A stretch of 64,000 nucleotides of DNA from contig CAXXOA010000002.1 in the NCBI GenBank assembly GCA_963666275.2, positions 320,001-384,000 on the forward strand, written 5' to 3'. Source of the DNA: Oceanispirochaeta sp. (GTDB lineage: Bacteria > Spirochaetota > Spirochaetia > DSM-2461). Numbering within the stretch: the first letter of the stretch is position 1; each line of letters begins with the position of its first letter. Of this stretch, positions 1-8,982 are shown in pieces. The notes under the pieces were generated by a model, which worked only from the letters and a program-made list of their open reading frames with translations, searched no databases and was not told the DNA's origin. The position numbers and the translations under genes were made by a program.

Positions 1-22
1 TATAACCGTATATAGAATTCCC

Positions 23-1240
23 ATGAAGGGCGGACTGCTGCTGTTCGATTTTTTCATTTCCATGATGTTTATCGTGGACATCTATCTGGAATCCCATACC
101 GGATTCTATGAACAGAGAGAACTTATCGATGACAGAGAGACTGTGTTCAAAGAGTACAGACGCAGATATCTCTATCTGGATATTGTGGCTGCTCTTCCTC
201 TCTATATGTTTCTGACCCTGTTCAACAACCCCCTGATTATGGAAATAGCCATCTACGTCAATATGCTGCGGCTGGTTAAGATTTTCAGAATCGGTCGAAC
301 CATTTCCCGCATAAGAAACAGCAAGAGGATGAATCCCAGCTTTATCCGGATGGCCCTCCTGATTTTCTGGATTCTCATAGTAGCCCATCTGATTTCCTGC
401 GGCTGGATTTTCATGACCGGAGGCCTGGGGGAGGCTGATCAGCTCAACCGTTACATTGTTGCCTTTTACTGGACAGTGACAACTCTGACAACCATCGGCT
501 ACGGTGACGTGACTCCCGACACGGCCGACAATGCCCAGGTCATCTTCATAGTCATCATAGAGCTGATCGGTGCGGGTATGTACGGTTTTATCATTGGTAA
601 TATTGCCAATATCATTGCCAATATCGACATTGCCAAATCCCAGTATCAGGAAAAGATGGAAAAGGTCACAACCTTCATGAAATACAAACATATCCCATCC
701 GACCTGAAAGATAAAATAAATGACTATTACGAGTACCTCTGGGAGAGCCGGAGAGGCTATGACGAATCGTCCATCCTGGCGGATCTACCCAAACCCCTTC
801 AGACATCCATATCCCTGTTCCTCAACAGAGATATCATTCAGAAAGTACCTTTGTTCCAGAATACCTCGGAGGAATTTATTAAAGACATTATTCTGAACCT
901 GGAACCTGTTGTCTTCACTCCCGGAGACTATGTCGTTATCAAGGGAGAGATAGGATATGAGATGTACTTTATCAGCCGGGGTTCTGTGGATGTTGTCTCG
1001 GAAGATGAAAAGATTGTCTATGCCACCCTGGGAGCGGGATCTTTCTTCGGCGAAATAGCCCTTCTGTTCAGTGCCCCCAGAAATGCAACCATAAAAGCCA
1101 GGGAATACTGCGACTGCTACTCTCTGAACAAGGAAACCTTTGACGAGATCCTGGGACGATTCCCCGAATTTGCCAGAAAAATGCGGGAAGAAGCGGAAAA
1201 AAGGAAAGCTGAAACCGAACAGAAACAGAAGGATAAATGA
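23..1240 (+). CDS. Cyclic nucleotide-gated K+ channel (SthK-like); 5' end probably upstream of the window
   Basis: S4-like LRLVKIFRIGR, selectivity filter TTLTTIGYGD, C-linker, CNBD with FFGEIALL..PRNATIKA; frame is open back to base 2. Confidence 0.92.
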   Translation: MKGGLLLFDFFISMMFIVDIYLESHTGFYEQRELIDDRETVFKEYRRRYLYLDIVAALPLYMFLTLFNNPLIMEIAIYVNMLRLVKIFRIGRTISRIRNSKRMNPSFIRMALLIFWILIVAHLISCGWIFMTGGLGEADQLNRYIVAFYWTVTTLTTIGYGDVTPDTADNAQVIFIVIIELIGAGMYGFIIGNIANIIANIDIAKSQYQEKMEKVTTFMKYKHIPSDLKDKINDYYEYLWESRRGYDESSILADLPKPLQTSISLFLNRDIIQKVPLFQNTSEEFIKDIILNLEPVVFTPGDYVVIKGEIGYEMYFISRGSVDVVSEDEKIVYATLGAGSFFGEIALLFSAPRNATIKAREYCDCYSLNKETFDEILGRFPEFARKMREEAEKRKAETEQKQKDK

Positions 1241-1261
1241 TTTATCCGCGCCCCTGTTTTT

Positions 1262-1293
1262 ACCCCCTTCCTCACTGAAGGGGGTTTTATTTT
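1262..1293 (+). terminator. Rho-independent terminator
   Basis: ACCCCCTTC-ctcact-GAAGGGGGT followed by TTTATTTT. Confidence 0.75.
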
Positions 1294-1385
1294 GCCTGAT
1301 GCATAAAGCGAAAAAGTCACTTTCCGGGCGACAGAACACCTGTCAGAAGCTATGAGGAATCACCCCAGCCGGAAGAAACGGAAGA

Positions 1386-4139
1386 TCAATCATCATCATT
1401 GAGCATCCGGGCACCCGGATTATCGGGAATATGGAGAATATCCCGGGGTTTACTTCCGTTCTGAGGGCCTACAATCCCCTGGATTTCCATTTCCTCCACC
1501 AGCCGGGCCGCCCGGTTGTATCCGATCTTCAAACGCCGCTGCAGATACGATGCGGATGCCTTTCCCGCCTGCATGACAATCTCCAGGGACTTATTGTAGA
1601 GAGGATCACTGAAAGAGCTGTCTCCTCCCCGGCTTTCGCTGTCGTACTCCTCTTCATCATCCAGAAAGATTTCATCATCGATATACTCGGGATCCCCCAG
1701 AGTTTTCACATAGGACACGACCCGCTCCACTTCGTCTTCCGAAAGGAATGAACCCTGCATTCTTGAAGGAAAAGGATCCCAGGCCGAGGTAAAGAGCATA
1801 TCCCCCTTACCAAGGAGCTTCTCCGCTCCCATCATATCGATGATAATCCTGGAGTCGGTTTTGCTGGCAACCATAAAGGCGATCCTGGAGGGAAAGTTTG
1901 CTTTGATCAGACCTGTAATTACATCGATAGAGGGCCGCTGGGTGGCCAGAACCAGGTGGATCCCCACCGCCCGGGACATAGCGGCCAGCCTGGCGACGAT
2001 CCCCTCCAGCTCTTTTCCCGAAGTCGCCATCAGGTCGGCAAACTCATCGATCACAAGGACGATGTAGGGGAGTTTTGTGGTGGCGATGTCTCTCTCTTTG
2101 ATCCTTTTGTTATAGCTTTTGATGTCACGGACCCCCATGGCATCCAGCAGGGAGTAGCGCCGTTCCATTTCATAAAGACACCACTGAACCGCCTGAAATG
2201 CCCGCTTGGGCTCTGTTATGACCGGAGTCAGGAGATGGGGGATATCATTGTAGAGCTTCAGTTCCACGATCTTGGGGTCCACCATCATAAGCTTGACTTC
2301 CTGGGGAGACTTTTTGAACAGAATGGAACAGATAAGGGAGTTTACACAGACCGACTTTCCCGACCCGGTAGACCCCGCGATGAGCAGGTGAGGAGTTCTG
2401 GCAAGATCGATGATCTGATTCTTTCCGCTGATATCCTTACCCAGAATAACGGGTATTTCAAACTCTCCTTCTCCAAAATCAACAGAACCCACAAGCTCAC
2501 TGAAAGAGACAATGGCCCTCTTTTTATTGGGCACCTCTATACCGATGGCCTGTTTGCCGGGAATGGGAGCCACGATCCTGATGCGGGAGGCGGCCAGACG
2601 AAGGGCCAGGTTATCCTGAAGGTTTACGATACGGGAAACCTTGACTCCCGGAGCCGGCTGGATTTCAAACATGGTAATAACTGGCCCTTTGGAGATACCT
2701 GAGACCTTAGCGTCAATCTTAAACTCCAGAAGGGTCTCTTCCAGAGCCCTAGCGGCCCGGCGGGTATCCTCATCGATCTGATCAAACCCATTATCGGGGT
2801 ACTCTTTCAGGAGCCCCGAAACCGGCACCTTATAGGCCTTTTTCCGATGATGCCTGGGTGGAAGCCCTCCGGAGATCGTACCGAGCTTTTCGGTTTCTCC
2901 GTCCGGACTGAGTTTATCCTCAACCGAGTGGGACTCCTCCTGGAATTCCTCATCTACCGGAAAATCCCCGGAATCCCCGTCCTGAGAGTCCATGGGTGCG
3001 CCGGTTCGCCAGGGATCAAGATCCTCAATACGGTCTCCCATATACCCGGCGTCCTCGTAGGCCTGGTCATCCGCTTCATCCTGATCAATCTCATCCAGGT
3101 ATTCGGGATACCCCCCTTCATCATAATCCGGAGAGCTTTCGGATTCGGGTGTATGATCAGAACCATGCGGAAGGTCAGGGTAATCTTCCTCCTGATCGAA
3201 ATCCTCCCTGGAAGGAGGGACAGGTTCCTCCCGGTTTACGGAAAGATCCTGCTCCATCAGAAACTCAATCCCCGGATCACTCACGGGATGAGAGAGCTCT
3301 TCCGGATCCTCTGCCTCCTGGAGCTGTTCCGGTTCTTCTGTTCCGGGCCTGCCAGTTCCGTGCTCTTCCCGGTCAACAAGGTCCGAAATGCTCAGAGTTT
3401 TCTCGGGATTAAAACCCTCCGGCTCGGAAACTGGACCAGTCTGCTCCCGGTCGGAACGGGAGAGAGAAGGTTTGAGAACCGAGGAGATCAGGGACTGGAT
3501 CTCACTGTCATCAGTTTCGGGTATAGGATCAATAGGCGCAGGCAGATCGGGAAAGGGAAATGTCTCTCTTGTATCTTCCACCGGTTCATCCTCTTCAGGA
3601 AGCTCCGTAGGGGCCGCAGGGGATGATCCGGAAAAACTCAGCCTGCTGAAATCAAAACCCTTTCGGATTTTCTGTACAGATTTATTCAGACTCATTGGCT
3701 CTCCGGGCAGCCGTGGCAGCCAGGAGAGATCGGGAAAAATGAGATTGACAAGCTTATACACAAGGGCAGTTTCCACAGCCAGAAGAGCCAGAAGGAACAG
3801 GGAAGACAGGACAGTCCCCAGCTGATCTATCATGATCCTGGACAGCGCGATATTTCTGTTGCCTGAAAGGACGTGCAGCAGGGCTGTTAAGGTCAGAAAG
3901 GGAAAAATCGAAAGGTTCAGTCCGGCTAAAAGTTTCTGGCTCTTTTCCGCCAGCAGCGCATAGGCGCAGGCAATCAGGAAAAAAGGTATATACAGAGAAA
4001 CCAGATGGAAGGATGAGACAAGAAAAGCTCCCAGACCATTTGGAACACCCGAGGCTCCGCCAATGATGACAACCAGTATTATTAAAGCCAGTCCGGTCAG
4101 GACGGCAGCGGCAATTTTCTGAAATTTTCTGGAATTCAC
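1386..4139 (-). CDS. ftsK: DNA translocase FtsK (GTG start)
   Basis: N-terminal TM helices, long acidic/Pro linker, PHLLIAGSTGSGKS, VIDEFADLM, LATQRPS, C-terminal gamma domain SASYLQRRLKIGYNRAARL. Confidence 0.97.
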   Translation of the reverse strand: MNSRKFQKIAAAVLTGLALIILVVIIGGASGVPNGLGAFLVSSFHLVSLYIPFFLIACAYALLAEKSQKLLAGLNLSIFPFLTLTALLHVLSGNRNIALSRIMIDQLGTVLSSLFLLALLAVETALVYKLVNLIFPDLSWLPRLPGEPMSLNKSVQKIRKGFDFSRLSFSGSSPAAPTELPEEDEPVEDTRETFPFPDLPAPIDPIPETDDSEIQSLISSVLKPSLSRSDREQTGPVSEPEGFNPEKTLSISDLVDREEHGTGRPGTEEPEQLQEAEDPEELSHPVSDPGIEFLMEQDLSVNREEPVPPSREDFDQEEDYPDLPHGSDHTPESESSPDYDEGGYPEYLDEIDQDEADDQAYEDAGYMGDRIEDLDPWRTGAPMDSQDGDSGDFPVDEEFQEESHSVEDKLSPDGETEKLGTISGGLPPRHHRKKAYKVPVSGLLKEYPDNGFDQIDEDTRRAARALEETLLEFKIDAKVSGISKGPVITMFEIQPAPGVKVSRIVNLQDNLALRLAASRIRIVAPIPGKQAIGIEVPNKKRAIVSFSELVGSVDFGEGEFEIPVILGKDISGKNQIIDLARTPHLLIAGSTGSGKSVCVNSLICSILFKKSPQEVKLMMVDPKIVELKLYNDIPHLLTPVITEPKRAFQAVQWCLYEMERRYSLLDAMGVRDIKSYNKRIKERDIATTKLPYIVLVIDEFADLMATSGKELEGIVARLAAMSRAVGIHLVLATQRPSIDVITGLIKANFPSRIAFMVASKTDSRIIIDMMGAEKLLGKGDMLFTSAWDPFPSRMQGSFLSEDEVERVVSYVKTLGDPEYIDDEIFLDDEEEYDSESRGGDSSFSDPLYNKSLEIVMQAGKASASYLQRRLKIGYNRAARLVEEMEIQGIVGPQNGSKPRDILHIPDNPGARMLNDDD

Positions 4140-4155
4140 AGGACCTCCCCTATCA

Positions 4156-4182
4156 TTATCGGCTTCTGAGCAGACCTCTTGA
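4156..4182 (-). promoter_or_regulatory. sigma28 (FliA)-type promoter upstream of ftsK
   Basis: Minus strand TCAA-N15-GCCGATAA, followed by SD GGAGG and the GTG start. Confidence 0.7.
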
Positions 4183-4206
4183 CCCCTCAGCCAAGAGGGA
4201 GACTGA

Positions 4207-5001
4207 CTAGAAAAAGATCAGACCGAGAATTCCCAGGGGTACCAGATAGAATGAAAAGTAAAAGAATTTGCCGTTATCGATCAGTTTCACAAGGAGTTTC
4301 AGAGCCAGAAAACCAGAAACCAGGGTGGTCACAAATGCCACGGCCAGAACAGGTAAAGAAACAGTATCCAGAAGGTTTCCCGCATCTTTCAGATCCAGAA
4401 GGAGAGCACCCAGAACCGCAGGGATGAAGATAAGGAATGAGTACTCAGCGGCAACATCACGGTTCATCTTTCTATAGAGACCAGTGGAAATGGTAATGCC
4501 CGAACGGGAAATCCCGGGAAGGACACCGAATCCCTGAGCGATCCCCATGATAAAACCATCAAGGAGGTTCAGCTCTCTGTAGGACCTGCCTGCAGGGGCT
4601 TTCCTTGTAAACCAGAGGATAACAGCCGTAACCAGGTACAGAGGGAAAACCACTTTCGGGGTAGACGATAGATCCAGACTGTCGATAAGCAGCCCCAGAA
4701 CGCCAGTTACAAAAACAGTCACAAGAAGAATCCCGATCAGACGCATATTGGACTTATCCTGATCATCCGATTTTCTGGCGATCCATTTCCCCAGAGAAAA
4801 AAGAAGTTCCACGACTTTTCTGCGGAACATGGCTATCACAACTATCAGCGTCGCTATGTGGAGCAGTACATCAAAAAGGACGGGGATCTCACCCAGTCCC
4901 ATAATATTCCTCATCATAAGAAGATGTCCAGAACTGGACACGGGCAGGAATTCAGTTACGCCCTGCAGTACGCCAAGAAAAATTCCCTGAATAAAATTCA
5001 T
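4207..5001 (-). CDS. uppP: Undecaprenyl-diphosphate phosphatase
   Basis: LQGVTEFLPVSSSGH and PGISRSG motifs; multi-TM. Confidence 0.96.
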   Translation of the reverse strand: MNFIQGIFLGVLQGVTEFLPVSSSGHLLMMRNIMGLGEIPVLFDVLLHIATLIVVIAMFRRKVVELLFSLGKWIARKSDDQDKSNMRLIGILLVTVFVTGVLGLLIDSLDLSSTPKVVFPLYLVTAVILWFTRKAPAGRSYRELNLLDGFIMGIAQGFGVLPGISRSGITISTGLYRKMNRDVAAEYSFLIFIPAVLGALLLDLKDAGNLLDTVSLPVLAVAFVTTLVSGFLALKLLVKLIDNGKFFYFSFYLVPLGILGLIFF

Positions 5002-5022
5002 TAATAACCACCTGTATAATTA

Positions 5023-7167
5023 CTAGTTTACCTCAAAAGGCTGAAAAAACAGATCCAGCCATTCTGCCGGGGGCTGCCCTGTATTAAGATACCTGTATGT
5101 TCCCGCTGCGACAATGACTTTGCGCACATAATTCCTTGTTTCACTGTAGGGAATACTCTGAATGAACAACTGGAGATCCAGATCTCCGAAGCTCCTCTTC
5201 CACCGCCTCAGATTGCCGCCCCCTCCGTTGTAGGCAGCAAGGATTTCAGCATAACTGGAAGTCCAGGGTCTCTCTTTGAGCCAGTTCACATACAGGGCTC
5301 CCAGGCGGATATTATCCCCGGGATCGGCCAGATTCCAGCCTTCAATCCTGTAGCGTCCGGCCAGATCCGATGCGGTTGCCGGCATAAGCTGCATCAGCCC
5401 GACAGCTCCGGCATGGGATTCGATCGTTTTATGAAAAGCACTCTCCCGGCGGATGATCCCCAGAATCAGCTCTTCGGGTATACCCTGCTTCAAAGCGTGC
5501 AGATTCACTGGCAGAGTCCTGTCCTGCGGATAGAGCCAGGGAATCAGATGGAGAGCCTGCTCCGGAGGCCAGCGGTAGTACCAGTAACCCGTAAACTGTA
5601 TGCACCGGTAGAACTCTCCCATTTTGAAAAGCCGGCTGCTGAACATATCCACAACATGGGGACTCAGGGAGTCATGCCTTCTGTTCCAGAGCGCCCAGCC
5701 CAGCTCAATCTGCCCCGCTTCCAGAACAATCCTGTAAACCTGTTCAACCGCTTCCTCATCAGGATCCAGACCGGCGGCAGCGGCAGAGTCTTCCCGCTCC
5801 TCGAAAAGAGGCCATACTCCGGGAGAGGAAACAAGGTAGTAATATCCCAGAGGATCCCTCTCCAGACTCTCCGTATAAAAAGAGGAGCTGAAGAAATCGG
5901 GTCTCCTGAGTCTGCCGTCTTTTACAGCCTGATTCAGAAGAAATGCTCCCTGGGAGGTTGGCTGCTTCAGCTCCGTTCCGCCCAGAATCTCCACAGTCTC
6001 TGCGAGATGAACCCAGTCCTTCCTGCGGACCAGATAGGTGAAATACTCATCCAGAAGGTCATCAAAATAGGAGGAATCCCCCCAGTCCGGAGCATTCTCT
6101 GCCAGAAAAGGGGGAATCTCATCGGGACTGTTCCGGACGAGAAGTCTCATTTCATACCACAGGGCGCGCCGTACCTTTTCAAAAGAACCACCTGTTTCCC
6201 GGGCGGTCCTGTAGGAGGAGAGAGCCCCCTGATGATCGCCGGAACTCTCCTGAAGAGAACCGATCAGAAAAGCTCCCCCGTATCCCTGGTTTAAGAGATC
6301 AGCCGTCTCAAAGATCCTCAGCCAGGAAGAGGCAAACCGGTCCAGTCTGAGCATATCCCTCAGAGAGAGGAGAAAACTCTCGGGAAGGGGGCCGGCCGCT
6401 GCGAGAGTGTCCTGCCAGAGGGTCTTCAGCAGAGGCTCCGCCCGGTCATACTCTCTCTGCTCCAGGGCATTTTTCAGATGCAGAATATTCTGGACATCCG
6501 CATCCTCTTTCAGTGGGGATTTCCATAGAGAGAAAAAATCATAGAGATCTCCCGCACCGGCTGACAGGAGAATTCTGACCATCCGCTCTTTTGTAAGATC
6601 TCCGGTCTCCTCCAGAAAGGGGATTGCCCATAGTACATCAGCCTCTTCAGGGTGGGATATTGCATCCGCCCTGCCATGACTGCGATAGGCTGCCATGAGT
6701 GTCCTGTTCAGCCAGACCCGTCCGTTCTCATCAGGACCGATGAATGCAGAGGAGAACTCGGACAGGTCCTGCCATTTTTTCTTCCTTTTCAGAGATTCCG
6801 CCAGAAGGGTACGGGCCATGTCTCCCAGAGGATCTGTACCATCCGAAACCTGCTGAAGCAGAAAGTCTGCGAAACCGGAATATCCCTGATTCTCCAGAAG
6901 AAGGGAGGCGGCAAGCAGTTCTGAACGCCTGTAAGCTGTAAAAACGGTCTCGAAGGCTTTCGGACTGACCCTGCCAAGCCCCATGATCTCCCTGGTAGAG
7001 ACAGAGGAACCTGCCAGTGTTTTATCCAGAACAATCTGTACCCTTTTGATTCTGGACGAGGAGAACAGAAGGGCCCCTGTCACCAGAGAGGATACTACGA
7101 TGATAAGTGAAACAAAAAGGATGAGTGGAATTTTATCTCTTCTGCTGCTGAATGATGCAAATGTCAT
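5023..7167 (-). CDS. Membrane-anchored soluble lytic transglycosylase (SLT domain) with helical/TPR-like N-terminal region
   Basis: C-terminal IIRRESAF, GAVGLMQLMP, AAYNGG, ETRNYV motifs; N-terminal TM. Confidence 0.9.
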   Translation of the reverse strand: MTFASFSSRRDKIPLILFVSLIIVVSSLVTGALLFSSSRIKRVQIVLDKTLAGSSVSTREIMGLGRVSPKAFETVFTAYRRSELLAASLLLENQGYSGFADFLLQQVSDGTDPLGDMARTLLAESLKRKKKWQDLSEFSSAFIGPDENGRVWLNRTLMAAYRSHGRADAISHPEEADVLWAIPFLEETGDLTKERMVRILLSAGAGDLYDFFSLWKSPLKEDADVQNILHLKNALEQREYDRAEPLLKTLWQDTLAAAGPLPESFLLSLRDMLRLDRFASSWLRIFETADLLNQGYGGAFLIGSLQESSGDHQGALSSYRTARETGGSFEKVRRALWYEMRLLVRNSPDEIPPFLAENAPDWGDSSYFDDLLDEYFTYLVRRKDWVHLAETVEILGGTELKQPTSQGAFLLNQAVKDGRLRRPDFFSSSFYTESLERDPLGYYYLVSSPGVWPLFEEREDSAAAAGLDPDEEAVEQVYRIVLEAGQIELGWALWNRRHDSLSPHVVDMFSSRLFKMGEFYRCIQFTGYWYYRWPPEQALHLIPWLYPQDRTLPVNLHALKQGIPEELILGIIRRESAFHKTIESHAGAVGLMQLMPATASDLAGRYRIEGWNLADPGDNIRLGALYVNWLKERPWTSSYAEILAAYNGGGGNLRRWKRSFGDLDLQLFIQSIPYSETRNYVRKVIVAAGTYRYLNTGQPPAEWLDLFFQPFEVN

Positions 7168-7220
7168 AGATTATGGACGGGATCTCCTGAAAAAGTATCG
7201 GGAGTATACCTCAATTCCCC

Positions 7221-7787
7221 CTAAAAGGCCAGAGAGCGCCAGCAGTCTGTCAGATGATCATTCACAAGACCTGTGGCCTGAAGATGGGCATAAAGGATGA
7301 CGGGCCCCAGGAAAGAGAATCCCCTTCGTTTCATGTCCTTACTGATTGTACGGGACAGTTCTGTTTCTGCCGGAACCTGATCCATGGAGGACCAGTGATT
7401 GACAACAGGTTTATCACCGACAAATCCCCACAGATAAGCGGAAAATGAACCGAACTCTTCCTGAAGGTCCAGAAAGATCCGAGCGTTCCTGATGGAGGCT
7501 TCTATTTTTTTTCTGTTTCTGATAATTCCCGCATCATTCAGGAGACCCTCGACGTCCCCCTCATCAAACTGAGCGACCTTCCGGGGATCAAAATCCCGAT
7601 AAGCCCTCCGATAGGCTTCCCTTCTTTTCAGAATGGTCAGCCAGCTCAGACCGGCCTGTGCTGATTCCAGGACAAGGAATTCAAACTGTTTTCTGTCATC
7701 CCGTACAGGGACGCCCCACTCTTCATCGTGATACCGGATATACAGGGGATCATTAAGACACCAGGGGCATCTGATTTTTTCTGCCAT
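7221..7787 (-). CDS. tag: DNA-3-methyladenine glycosylase I
   Basis: RCPW..YHDEEWGVP, LESAQAGLSW, IIRNRKKI, GLVNDHLTDC. Confidence 0.96.
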   Translation of the reverse strand: MAEKIRCPWCLNDPLYIRYHDEEWGVPVRDDRKQFEFLVLESAQAGLSWLTILKRREAYRRAYRDFDPRKVAQFDEGDVEGLLNDAGIIRNRKKIEASIRNARIFLDLQEEFGSFSAYLWGFVGDKPVVNHWSSMDQVPAETELSRTISKDMKRRGFSFLGPVILYAHLQATGLVNDHLTDCWRSLAF

Positions 7788-7844
7788 AGACTCTCCCGCT
7801 GACTTTTAGTATAGCACATCAGCGGGAAAATCCTGCGGCATTGA

Positions 7845-8690
7845 TCATGCCGCTGCTGTTCTGTTGCGGGGTTTTCTCCGGTTTTCCAGCATATTCACAT
7901 ATTTGGCGGCTTCATTGAGTTTATAGAAGTTCAAATTTGTGTACTGAAAATGTCTGAGCAGAGCCGGTCCCATGTCTTCCAGGTTGGAAACTCCGCCGTT
8001 ATCGCCAAGTCCCGCAACAGTCACGCTGATGGATTCAGCACCACCGCGGATTGCCCGGAGGGAACTTTCATTGGCTGTTCCGAGTTTATTATGGCCATGA
8101 AATTCCAGGGGAGCATTGGTTCTCATTTTCACTGTTTCAAAGAATTTCTGAACATCCTCGGGAGAAACTCTTGTTTCCGAGTCTGCCAGTCTTACTCTCA
8201 GAGCGCCGTGATGGACTGCCCGGGATATAAACCTGTTCAATTTGATCAGATCCGCATTAAAAGGGTTGGAAACCCCCACGCTGACATAATCAAAGGATTT
8301 AAAACACTCTTTAATCATCTTTCCCATATCGTTTAGGGAAGATTCGAACTGGGTGGAAGAGACATTCCTGTCCACAATCTCTTCTGGAAAACAGAGATGA
8401 ATAGAGTTTGCGGAGCAGCGCCTGGCCAGTTCAATGGACTCCATGGACGCCTTGGCCCAGCAGGTAACCAGTGTATGGGGATTTTTGATTCTTATCTGCC
8501 TGATAACCCGGCTCTCTTTTGACCCTTTAGAGGGAATTCCCGCCTCAATTTCATGCACACCGGCTTTTGCAAGAAGATCTGCAACCTTCAATTTTTCGGC
8601 ATCAGTGTAATCCCGACCCTTCATCATGCTGCGTTCCCGAAGTGTAGAGTCGATAATCCATAAAGATTTACTTGCATCAAAATGTACCAT
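7845..8690 (-). CDS. Homocitrate synthase (NifV)/DRE-TIM-like protein, short and with divergent motifs
   Basis: IIDSTLRE, GVHEIEAGIP, RVRLADS, LEFHGHNKLG, GLG; canonical DTTLRDGEQ and GLGERAGN are altered. Confidence 0.75.
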   Translation of the reverse strand: MVHFDASKSLWIIDSTLRERSMMKGRDYTDAEKLKVADLLAKAGVHEIEAGIPSKGSKESRVIRQIRIKNPHTLVTCWAKASMESIELARRCSANSIHLCFPEEIVDRNVSSTQFESSLNDMGKMIKECFKSFDYVSVGVSNPFNADLIKLNRFISRAVHHGALRVRLADSETRVSPEDVQKFFETVKMRTNAPLEFHGHNKLGTANESSLRAIRGGAESISVTVAGLGDNGGVSNLEDMGPALLRHFQYTNLNFYKLNEAAKYVNMLENRRKPRNRTAAA

Positions 8691-8742
8691 AACATCCTCC
8701 TGCTGAGAGTTTTTTTATCTCAGCCTCTATACTCAATACAAA

Positions 8743-8759
8743 TTGCAAGAGATGTGCCA
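8743..8759 (-). promoter_or_regulatory. sigma54 (-24/-12) promoter
   Basis: Minus strand TGGCAC-ATCTC-TTGCAA, matching the consensus, 52 bp upstream of the NifV-like ATG. Confidence 0.8.
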
Positions 8760-8982
8760 AAAAAATTGTCAGCGTTCTGTGAGAAAACAGTTATTTTCTA
8801 TATAAACATTTACGTGGTATTTTGACAGATCGGGGATTTAAGAAGAAAACAATATTCATACAATTTTGTATGATCGAAGGGTTTATCCAACAAATCTGTA
8901 GAAATAATTCCAGAGTGCTCTGTTGACAGCAGATTCGGCAGTAGCTAAATTCAAAAGCAGGAAATCCTTAAGGGAGAATCAT

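Noticed and set aside
8761..8900. NifA UAS (TGT-N10-ACA) for the sigma54 promoter
   Set aside because: I found no correctly spaced match; a different palindrome is present instead
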